A stretch of DNA of 64,000 nucleotides, taken from Paraspadella gotoi (taxonomy: Eukaryota > Animalia > Chaetognatha). Where the stretch lies: contig CM119268.1 in NCBI GenBank assembly GCA_051294375.1, forward strand, positions 3,635,616 through 3,699,615. Reading direction: 5' to 3'. This document shows, piece by piece, positions 53,212 through 64,000 of the stretch. Position 1 is the first letter of the stretch. Each line of letters opens with the position of its first letter. The translations under genes were made by a program, and so were the position numbers. The notes under the pieces were generated by a model, which saw nothing but the letters and a program-made list of their open reading frames with translations, made no database searches and was not told the origin of the DNA.

Positions 53212-54865
53212 CCCGAGGAAAGAGAGAAAGCGGGGGGAATGAGGAATGTCAAGGGAAGGGAACGTGGAAAGGGGAAGGTAGGAAATAGAAATATAAACTG
53301 ATGACAAAGGGAAGTTAGAACGAAAAAAAGAAAAAAAAACAAAGAGGTTCCCTTGACACCCCGTAAAATAAATAGGAAAGGAAGTTGAGAATGACTTAAT
53401 GGTACATCTTGATTCTTGAATCGTGAAAGGAAATTGGAAACAAAAATAATCCTTAGGTTCATTTTTACGCCAAATTATCAAAACCAGAGTCAACACGCTT
53501 CAACAGCGCCATCACCGACGTCAACCAACAACGCCATCAGTGACGCACGCCAATCAACCAAACCACCAACCATGGCGCGCCAACAACGCCACCAAATGGC
53601 AGCGCCAATTCGACTGGTGGTCGACGCGATGGGCGTTTATGTTTTTGGCTCGAAATCTCGACGCTCGTCAGACGATGGAGGAAGAAACTGGAACAGGATC
53701 TGGGAATTCAAACCGGATCTTGGAATTCCGCCATCTCCTGGATTATTTTTTTCTTCTTGGAGCATCGAGACTTCATTTCCCCGAAGTTCCAAAAGTGGAT
53801 TTATATATTTTCTGAACGATTTTTTGTTTATTTTACTCTTTGTTTTAGCTTATTTCTTTTTTCTTTCTTTCTTTCTTTCTCTCTTTCTTTCTTTCTTTTT
53901 TTTCTTTTGTTTGTTCTTTTTGATTCTTGCTTTCTTTCTTTCTATATTTTCTTTGTTCTTTCTTTTTTTCTTTCCCTCTCCAATATTTGTTTTTCCTCCC
54001 TTGTTGTTGTTGTTGTTATTCCTTGCATCGTTTTCTTGTTTTTCTCTTTGTTATTCTTCATGAATCATTATACTTTTCTTCACCTTTCGACTCTTTTCTT
54101 TCTTTCGTTTTCTTTTCTTTCCTCCGTTTTATTTTTCCTCCTTCAACTCTGTTTATTTGTTATTCTTTCTTATTTTTTCTCGTTGTTGTTTATTTTCGGT
54201 TTGTTTATCCCAGTTTGTTTTATAAAAAAAGTTCGTCTCGGAGTTGGATCACGAAAATAGAGAATGTATGTCTTAAAAAATATTTTGTTATAGTTTTGCT
54301 ATTTTCAATTTTTTTTATTTTTTTTATTTCTTTTTTTCTAATTAATATTTTTCTTTTTTCTTTGTTTAATTTCTTCTTTCATCTCATTATCTTCTCTCTT
54401 TCTCTTCGTCCTCCTTTCATTTTTTCCTTATTTCTTTTTTTCCTTATTTCTTTTCTTCCTTTATATTCCATCTCGTTATTTCGACCCCAGAGCCACGAGT
54501 TTCATCTGGGAGAAGAGAGAAACATTCAGAACAAAAGACTACGTAGGGAAATAATAAAAAAGAAAAAAAATTCCAAAATTTAAAAAAATAATTTAAATAA
54601 TGAAAAAAAAGGAAAATTCCTTGTACTAGTTTAAAAAAATATATGTAAATGCAATGTACATACTGCTATAAAGTATGAAGCATTAAAAAATATTAAGCGA
54701 TAGAAAAAGATTTTTCCAGACTAATGTTTGGAAACTGTGCCAGAGACGTCATTAAAAAAAAAAACTTTAACTGCTTCAATTTTATGAGGAAAAAACGAGG
54801 TCATTTTTCCGCAAATTTTTGCACAGAAATTCATTTTAGTAAAGATAAACAAGACGAGAGAAAGC

Positions 54866-54947
<82 letters not shown>

Positions 54948-55041
54948 TAGGTAATGATGATGATTTTTCGTTTGTAAGTCATGAATTATACTTTTTTTTA
55001 ATGACCCTTGGACGCGCAGGAGCGCGAGAAAAATGTGGAGG

Positions 55042-55098
<57 letters not shown>

Positions 55099-55405
55099 AG
55101 AGAGAGATTAGAGGAATTCTGTGCGTTTAGTTACCATCCAATATAAAAAATAAAAGAAGAGAGATGAACAAAAGAGTTGGATAATAATAAATAGAACTAA
55201 AATACACAAAACTTTAAAAAGGATTAGAAAATAAAGAAAAAGGAAAAAACGGAAAAAAGATAAAATATCTAAGCTCTCCTAAAAGAAAAATAATAGACAA
55301 CAAATAAAAAGTTAAAAAACGTAAAATTAAACTAAATTGCAGACGAAGCAGCGAATCGTGAAAGTTATAACATATTCATGGCCTTTGGGAGGAGGCAAGA
55401 GAGAG

Positions 55406-55437
<32 letters not shown>

Positions 55438-56027
55438 AGCAGAGAGAGGAGGAGAGAGAGAGAGAGACGGTTATTCGGTTTCTTGAAATGTCGGCCCGAG
55501 ACAACCCGGGTGGAAGACTTGAAGGAAATGAAGGAAGAAAACCAAAAACTCGTAAAACCGCAAAACTGCAGTCAAAAGCGAAAAAAGCAAAAAAAAAGCA
55601 AATAAAAGCAAAAAAATAAGGGAAAAAGAAGGGAAGAAAAAAGCGTAAAATAGGAAGAGAAAGAAAAAAAAGAGATATAAAGTTTCACCCCCCGAAAAAA
55701 TAGAGAAGAAATTATAAGAATTTTAAATTCTAAATAAAATTAGGTTTTTGAAAAAAAAAGAAGCTCAAAGCTAATATTAACTGCATAATAAAAAAAAAAA
55801 AACACAGTTCAATTACTAAAAAATAAAAAATAAAAGAAAAATCCATTTTTTGTTTAAATTACTCCCAAATCCTATTTCTTTGCAATCGATACCGAATTCG
55901 TTTTTAACGAATCAACGTTAAATCCGGGTTTTTCTCCCGGAATTTTATATAACGAATTTCATCTCAAAAGGGCGGCCCGCGAAGAATCTCACTGTCGACC
56001 GCCTCAATCCTTGATTGCGCTGGGTTT

Positions 56028-56064
<37 letters not shown>

Positions 56065-56800
56065 TAAATCGTCGCCGATTCAACTTTTCCGGTTTTTCCT
56101 TCGACGCCTCGTTATCGTAAACGCGTTCGCATGGAATTTTAACGCCTGCGCAGTCGTAGCAGAGGTCGCTGATGTTGTTTTTGTTGTTGTTGTTGTTGCT
56201 ATCGAAGTCGTCGTTTTTGTTGTTCTTGCTGTTTTTGTTCTTGCTTCAGCGGTTGTTTTTGTTTTCGTTGTCGTTGTTGTTGTTATCTTCGTCGTTGTTT
56301 TAGTTGGGGATGTTGTTATACTTGTTATTGCGCTTAAGTTTTTGCTGTTGTTACTTTTACGACTGTTTTTATCGTTGCTGCTGTTGTTTTGTTTTTGTTT
56401 TGTTGATGTTTTTGGTTTGCGTTTTAGTTATCGAACTCAAAGAATCCTTCTAGCTTCTTCTCTCCTTTATCGCCTTTCTTTGAAAAGAATCTTCGCCGTT
56501 CCTTATTTGCCGTTCGCCGTTCGCCGTCTGCCTTTCCTCTCTCCGTTCTCCGTTCTCCATTCACCGTTCACAGTTCACCGTTCTCTGTCCGCCTTTCGCC
56601 GACCTCCTCTCGCCGTTCGCCGTTCGTTCCTTGCCGTTGTGGTGACTTTACCATTCGCTTTTCGTCGACCTCCTCTCGCCATTCGCCGTTCGTCGTTCTC
56701 CGTTCGCCGTACGCAGTTCGGCATTCGCTAATCGGTTTTCGCGGTCACGTGCGACATTGATATAGTTTCAATACTTTCCCCTTTTTTATATATATATTGG

Positions 56801-57286
56801 TTATATTGGTTGTACCAAATTCATACATATATGAAATTGGTACAACCAATATAAAAATTATCTATCCATTTAATAAATAAGCTATCTTGTCCCTGACTTT
56901 GGACAGGCTTTGGTGGTTTAAGGCCTCCATCACACTTGCAAGATAATAACATAACAGGTTTCTGCAAACTTTTAATCAAGCCTCTCTCACAGACTTGTTT
57001 ATTCACTCCCAGTGAACCTAGGCTTCCCTATCAATGAAGTGGTATAATATTTCAAAGAATGTTTCAATTGTATGAAAAGACCACTCCCTTAAGTATTAGA
57101 TCGGGGAATACTATATGTACTCCGCACTAGCATCAAAATACAAGGAGCTGAATTTTATGAAATTGGTACAACCAATATAAAAATTATCCATCCATTTAAT
57201 AAATAAGCTATCTTGTCCCTGACTTTGGACAGGCTTTGGTGGTTTAAGGCCTCCTTGGCTTTCGTGGCTTTGGTGGTTTAAGGCCT
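56801..57286. repeat. Family A repeat: inverted end, full copy and partial tandem copy
   Basis: 25-bp inverted arms at 56801-56825 / 56830-56854 (1 mismatch), a full copy to 57098, a partial copy at 57155-57254 and a further ~21-bp reiteration to 57286. Confidence 0.9.
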
Positions 57287-57509
57287 TCTTGGCATTTTTG
57301 TCGTTTCTCTGATTATATCTCATGTTTTGCGTTCGATTTCTTTTTTCTTCAACGTCGTCGTTCGTCGTCTTCGTCGTCGTCGTCGTCGTCGATCGACCTT
57401 CTGTTCGTGTATTTTCGTCTGCCAACTTCGTGCTAATTAAATACAAAATTATCGCCATCGATGCTGACGACAAAATCGTCATCATCATCGTTATGGTCAT
57501 TGTCACAAC

Positions 57510-57562
<53 letters not shown>

Positions 57563-57795
57563 GTCATTCTGTTAATACTTAATAATGTACAACATTTGTA
57601 ATATAATCTCTCCATTCAACTTCGCGCGATCGGAATCACCGACGGCATTTCGTCAATAGCGTCATAATCTTTATCGTCGTCGTCGTCATCGTCGTCGTCG
57701 TCATGTCGTCGTCGTCGTCGTCATCGTCGTCAGTTCGGAATGAATAATAGATCTTAACGACTTCTCGTTCTGAACCGGAGCGAGAAGGCGTGTGC

Positions 57796-57874
<79 letters not shown>

Positions 57875-58568
57875 AGGTAAGGAATCGCGGCACGTACGCC
57901 AGAGGGTGAGGAAAGCTCGTACACGGAGGAGAGGAAACGGGGTGAGGAGGGCAGAGATGATGAGGAGATGGAGTGGGATAGAGATGGAGTGATATGGAAT
58001 GATATGGAGTGATATGGAGAAAAAGGGATATGGAATGAGATGGAGATGGAGTGAGATGATTAGGTGGGGTAGGGATAAAGTGAGATGGGGTGAGATGAAT
58101 TAAGACAAAGTAAAATGATGATAGAGTGAGATAGAGATGGCGAGAGATGGAGTTACAGATAGACCGAAACTGAGATGTTATGAGATGAAGAAGGAATAAA
58201 ATTAAGATAAATAAAGTAAAATAAGGATGGATTTAGACGGGGTGACATTGAGATGGATTCAAATGGCGAGAATATTGCGTTGGATTCAGCGAGCGATGCT
58301 GGGGTAAGATCAACCTTGATCGAGCCAAGTAAGTTTCGACAAAGAGGTGAATGATATACGACGAGCCTGGCTGAGTATCCATGTCCTTTTTCCGGTACAG
58401 CTTTTCCGGCTTTTTTTATTGTGCCATTTTTCCGGTGCGATTTCTCCGGCACGTTTTTCCGGCTCCGTTTACCCAGGCAGATTTTCCGGTCTCGCGAACC
58501 GGATCTCGGATTTCGACTCGAAGAAAAATGAGATTAACCGCGATTTATAAACAGGGTGAGTCGCTAAT

Positions 58569-58676
<108 letters not shown>

Positions 58677-59679
58677 TTTTGAAGGGAGGGGCCAGAGGTG
58701 AAAGAGAGGAATGATTAGAATTTCAAACGGAAATCTATTCGAGAAACTTACCTTTTTTTTTTAGTATAGGTCGTCTTTAGTTTAGCGTTTTGACTCTGGG
58801 TCGGTTAAAGTTTCGACTGCGGTTTTTTTAGGAAGTTAGGATTTTTCTGCATGCTGCGAAGAATTATGGTGAAATTTTAACTTTCTTTTACGTATATATA
58901 TTCAGAAACCTCGTTCGTTTTTTTTTGACTTTTAAAAGCGTGAGAGCGACAGCTATAACATTTCTCGGTCGGTCCTGTCTTTCCGTTTGTAGGACGACAA
59001 TTACAGAAAGATTTTGTTATCTTCCCCTCTTCTTAGTGCGTCTTCAGTCTACGATCGAGTTGAAGCGACTTTCCAAGATTTTTCGTTTTTGACCCTAAAA
59101 GTTCGAATCCATCTTAAAAACAATTTGAATCTCATACAAAAATTTAAATCTCATTCCTGTTCCTTCGAATCGAATCATTCGCGACGAACTCTTCCAATTT
59201 CCCATCGAGTCCACGTTTGTTGACAAAAATCGAAGCTGATCTCTCGTCGTTAAAAGGGTCATGTCTCTTTTCTCTTAATTCCACGTTTGCTTCAATTATT
59301 TAAGGTCAACATTTTCTCGAGGAACTCGAGACTTTTTAATTTCGTTTAAATGACAGAAGCAGAAACAACGCTCGCCTAGATTATTATTATTATTAAATGC
59401 GTCTAATTATAAAACTTGAAACTCATACAATTCTTCGTTTTTCTTCTAAAAACTCATGTTGGAATCTTCGGTTTGATTTCGCGAGTTTAAAGAGAAAACT
59501 CTTTACTCTCGTTAAATAGTATATTTCGTTGATTAAAAATATCAATTTGCTTAAATTGACACGCGCGTTAAATTTAATTAAAGCAGAGAATCAAACTACG
59601 AAACAATAATAGAAAAAAAAAAGAAAAAAAAATAATAATAATAATAGTAATATCTTGCATAACATTAAAATAAACTCAC

Positions 59680-60008
59680 CTTTGGTTGGATGCGATAGGA
59701 AAACCCCAAAAGTCGTGGGCGAACACGTCCGTCCATCTGCTCTGGCGCGGCTGATGCTGCTGTTGTTTTTCCAGCAGCTGTCCTTTCTGTTTAGACATTT
59801 TATGTTGCTGCTGCAGCGACGTGTCGTCGAAGGCGAATTCGGACGATGGTTTAGTGGCGGAGCTGGGGCTGGGGTTTTGGACATGGCTGGGGCTGGGGTT
59901 TCCCCCGTGCCCGCCGGGGCAGGCCACATCTGGGTTGGAGGCGACGGCCCTGACGTCGTCGTAGACAAATTCGTCGGTGAGAAGAATCGACCAAAACGTC
60001 AACACCGA
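59680..60008 (-). CDS. TMTC: TMTC-family O-mannosyltransferase, exon with the end of TM1, the DD motif and the DFWG motif
   Basis: Translates SVLTFWSILLTDEFVYDDVRAVASNPDV...WTDVFAHDFWGFPIASNQ(S), matching the TMTC pattern 'EFVxDDxxAIxxNxD...FxxDFWG'. Acceptor ccccttccacag| (phase 0); donor AG|gtgagt (phase 2). The start-codon exon was not found in the window. Confidence 0.9.
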
Positions 60009-60471
60009 CTGTGGAAGGGGCGGGGGTGGCGAAGGGTGGTTGGGGTGGTGAATTGGTGGTCGTTAGAGGGTGGTCGGGAGTGGAAAAAGGTGGAGAGGGC
60101 GCGAGAGAATAGAAAGAAAGAGAAAGAAGAGGGAAAAAAAGAGATTAGGATAGAAAGAGACGTAAACGATAAAAAGATGGGATGGGATAATATTAAGAAT
60201 AAAAGACTTGAAGAAGTTTGAAAGGGCAGAGAACGTAATTCGAAATTGATGTTTTAGCCTCATTATTTTTAGCTTTTTTATTCTCTCTTCTTTCTAATAT
60301 CTTGACAAGAAAGATATATATTAGATCATCATTAGATCAGACCAAGTTCTTGCGAGTTTGGAGAGATCTTCTCGTGTGAGAAGATAATTTAAAAAGGTTT
60401 GCCCTTTCTTGCTTCAGTGACGCAGGGTCGATTTTGCTAAAACATATAGGGAGAGAGAAGAGAGAGAACGA

Positions 60472-60510
<39 letters not shown>

Positions 60511-60702
60511 CACACCTCGCCCGAGCGCAATCGGCAAAAGCGCTCACGTTGCGTTATTTCTCAGAATTTCCTCTGGAATCAAATTGAGATAAAATCTAAG
60601 CCTCTTTTCTTTCTTTCTTTCTCCGCGTTCTCCTACTAACTTAGCCTATATAATTATAGATTCGACAGATATCACTTTCTTTCCTATTGGTCTTTCCTCT
60701 TT

Positions 60703-60733
<31 letters not shown>

Positions 60734-61669
60734 CCTTAACTTTTTCTTTTCTCTCCATTCTCTTGTTCAAACCTTTAATAACTTCTATTGTTTCTCTCCT
60801 TCTTTGTTTTTCCTACCTTCCTTCCATTTCTCTTTTCCTATCATACACAGTCAACAATACTTCAAACCTTTCTCTCGAATAATTTGTCTTTTTTTCTCTG
60901 CTATTTTCTTTCTTCTTTTCTTTTCTTTTTTATCTTATATTATCTTATCTTTTCTTTTCTTTTCTTTTCTTTTCTTTTCTTTTCTTTTCTTTTCTTTTCT
61001 TTTCTTTTCTTTTCTTTTTTTTTCTTTTTCATGATCTTTTTTTTCATTTTCTCTTTTCTCTTTCTTTTTTTCTAGTTTTCTTTTCTTTTTCATTTTTTCT
61101 TTTCTCTTTCTTTTTTTCTCGTTTTCTTCCCGATATTCAATCCTGAAAAAATTATTTATTTTTATTTGTTTTTCCTCCACTTTAATCTTTTTCTTCTAAA
61201 TTCTTTTTTCCATTTTTAAAATTTATATTAAAAAAATTTTAAATACTTTGTTTTTTCAGTACCCAGAGTGAAAACGTATACAGCAATCAAAAGATAACGT
61301 CAACATGCAATTCTTAATTTAACTTTATTTATTATTACTATAAATTGACCTCAAAACTTTTTTTCCTTAGTTATTTTCATATCGATTCATGAACTCCACA
61401 CGTGAGTGCAATGCCTTCGAACGGAGAGACAACTCCAGCAAACTCCATCAATCATCAATAAATTATCTCCATGGACTCGCTCCAGTGAAAACTCCAGTCG
61501 TCGACTCTCGTCCGCTCCTTCTATCGCCCCTTAGATTCTCGAAGCCCAACTACTTTTTTTGTTTATTTTCGTTGCCAAGCGACTGACCTTCTAATTCCCG
61601 CGATTTGATTGTCATTATCTGTCACGGTTTGAGATTTAAATGTCATTGTCTTGTCTTTTCTTGCGTTTC

Positions 61670-61782
<113 letters not shown>

Positions 61783-63519
61783 GCGATGATACGGAAGAAA
61801 TATGCGTGGGATTTATAATCGAGTAAAAACTACTTGAAATCCCTGCCCATAAGTTATTCCACAATGGTTAATCCATATTTTTTACTCATAGGATTAGAAG
61901 TAGTAGTAGTAGTAATAATTTCTCGCAAAATGTAAAAAGCTAATTTCTTTGTGGTCATTACAAAAATGGCGTTGGTAGTTTCTCAGCGTTGAACGTTTTT
62001 CTCCTGAAGGCGAAGTCGTTAGCAGCTTTGAATTTAACGGAGTTTTTTTTTCTTTCTTTCCTTTTACTCATGACGCGTTTGCAATCTCTCTCTTCACTCC
62101 GTCTCACTCTTACGTTCAGGGAAGCGCCAGTAATCTTTCTCTCTCTCTCTCTNNNNNNNNNNNNNNNNNNNNNNNNNNNNNNNNNNNNNNNNNNNNNNNN
62201 NNNNNNNNNNNNNNNNNNNNNNNNNNNNNNNNNNNNNNNNNNNNNNNNNNNNNNNNNNNNNNNNNNNNNTCTCTCTCTCTCTCTCTCTCTCTCTTTTCAC
62301 GTCGCAAATCACAAAACTTCGTTTTGATCAACAATAACGAAGAATAGAATTTTCCCTTTTTTACAATCGGTAACGCCCTTTCCACTTTGTATGTATTCCA
62401 TAAACCCTTCTCGCCACCCCTCCACCTTTCCCATCCACCAATCCACCCTACCCAACCACCTCTTTAACCCTNNNNNNNNNNNNNNNNNNNNNNNNNNNNN
62501 NNNNNNNNNNNNNNNNNNNNNNNNNNNNNNNNNNNNNNNNNNNNNNNNNNNNNNNNNNNNNNNNNNNNNNNNNNNNNNNNNNNNNNNNNNNNNNNNNNNN
62601 NNNNNNNNNNNNNNNNNNNNNNNNNNNNNNNNNNNNNNNNNNNNNNNNNNNNNNNNNNNNNNNNNNNNNNNNNNNNNNNNNNNNNNNNNNNNNNNNNNNN
62701 NNNNNNNNNNNNNNNNNNNNNNNNNNNNNNNNNNNNNNNNNNNNNNNNNNNNNNNNNNNNNNNNNNNNNNNTCTTTCTTTCTTTTTTTCTCTTTTTTTCT
62801 CTTTATTTTTGACATTCTTTCTCTTTCCATATTTCCATTATTCTTTCTCTCTTTCTCTCTTTCTTTCTTTCCATTTTTATAACTTTTTTTTTCTTTTCCC
62901 CTTTTTTTTCTTCACCTCCTTCTATTTTACCCTATTTTCTGTCTCTCTTTCTTTCGTTATTTCATTTCTACTTCTCATTTCACTTTTTCTTTCTTCACTC
63001 CCCCAAGCCGTTTCTCCCCTTTTTTTTCTTTAACTTTTGTTCTTTATTCTTTTTTTTTTCTTTCTTTCTTTTTTATTTCCTCCGTCCCATCCAACACAAA
63101 AAATTCTTTCCCACTCGCCTCTCCAATGTTTTCATAATGAACGCGATTTGGCCTAATGTGTTTTCCAGTAGCCGCCTCTGTTTTTTTCCTCTGTTTTTTC
63201 NNNNNNNNNNNNNNNNNNNNNNNNNNNNNNNNNNNNNNNNNNNNNNNNNNNNNNNNNNNNNNNNNNNNNNNNNNNNNNNNNNNNNNNNNNNNNNNNNNNN
63301 NNNNNNNNNNNNNNNNNNNNNNNNNNNNNNNNNNNNNNNNNNNNNNNNNNNNNNNNNNNNNNNNNNNNNNNNNNNNNNNNNNNNNNNNNNNNNNNNNNNN
63401 NNNNNNNNNNNNNNNNNNNNNNNNNNNNNNNNNNNNNNNNNNNNNNNNNNNNNNNNNNNNNNNNNNNNNNNNNNNNNNNNNNNNNNNNNNNNNNNNNNNN
63501 NNNNNNNNNNNNNNNNNNN

Positions 63520-63555
<36 letters not shown>

Positions 63556-64000
63556 TAACAACAATAGAAAGAAACGAAAAGCAGGATAACAAAAATAATA
63601 ATGCAAGAAATAGGATAGAAATAGAGGAAAAAACATAAAGACTTAATACAAAATAAATAAATATACAAAACAATATAGAGAAAGAAATGAAAAAAACTGA
63701 AATAATAAAAAAAAATATTTTTTTAAACAAGGAAAGAAATAATAAATAAAAAAGGGAAAAATATCCGTCTGGTAACGAGAGAGAGATTCAACGGATAAAA
63801 TTTTCACGGCATCCGACCCAATATTCCCTTTTTTTTCATTCTTTTCCTTCGTCTTCAAAATCTCGTTATTTCAGAGTGAAAATTCTAAAATAGAAAACTG
63901 GAGGAGGAGGAGGAGGCGGAGGAGGAGGAGGACTGAGGAAAAACAAAAGGAGATGAGGAAAAAAAAATTTTGAATTCGAATAAAAGTTGAAATTCAAAAT

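Noticed and set aside
56015-56731. 238-aa hydrophobic ORF
   Set aside because: Composite of (GCC)n, degenerate (GTT)n and CGCCGTT heptamer repeats; no recognisable domain.

Overview
Animal (probably invertebrate) nuclear DNA from a gappy draft assembly, dense in (AG)n, (GAC/GTC)n, (GAG)n and (GCG)n microsatellites. Nearly the whole window lies inside one minus-strand gene encoding a TMTC-family ER protein O-mannosyltransferase. Five coding exons are visible (60008-59680, 20124-20026 running into a gap, 19084-16462, 6359-5559, 637-281). All visible splice sites are canonical GT-AG and the last four exons join in frame. The visible part encodes about 1,400 aa where ordinary TMTC proteins use roughly 300, because low-complexity inserts of about 60, 660, 140 and 250-290 aa sit between the conserved membrane motifs; the three largest map to predicted cytoplasmic loops. 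Several normally conserved residues are changed. The introns contain an intron-bearing tRNA-Tyr(GTA), a tRNA-Phe(GAA), a tRNA-derived SINE family (one piece amplified as a 3x67-bp array), DINE-1/Helentron-like non-autonomous elements, an unclassified ~270-bp dispersed repeat with an inverted/tandem arrangement, several minisatellites, and a ~2.3-kb duplication that looks like an assembly artefact. Most ORFs in the supplied track are microsatellite or N-gap read-throughs.
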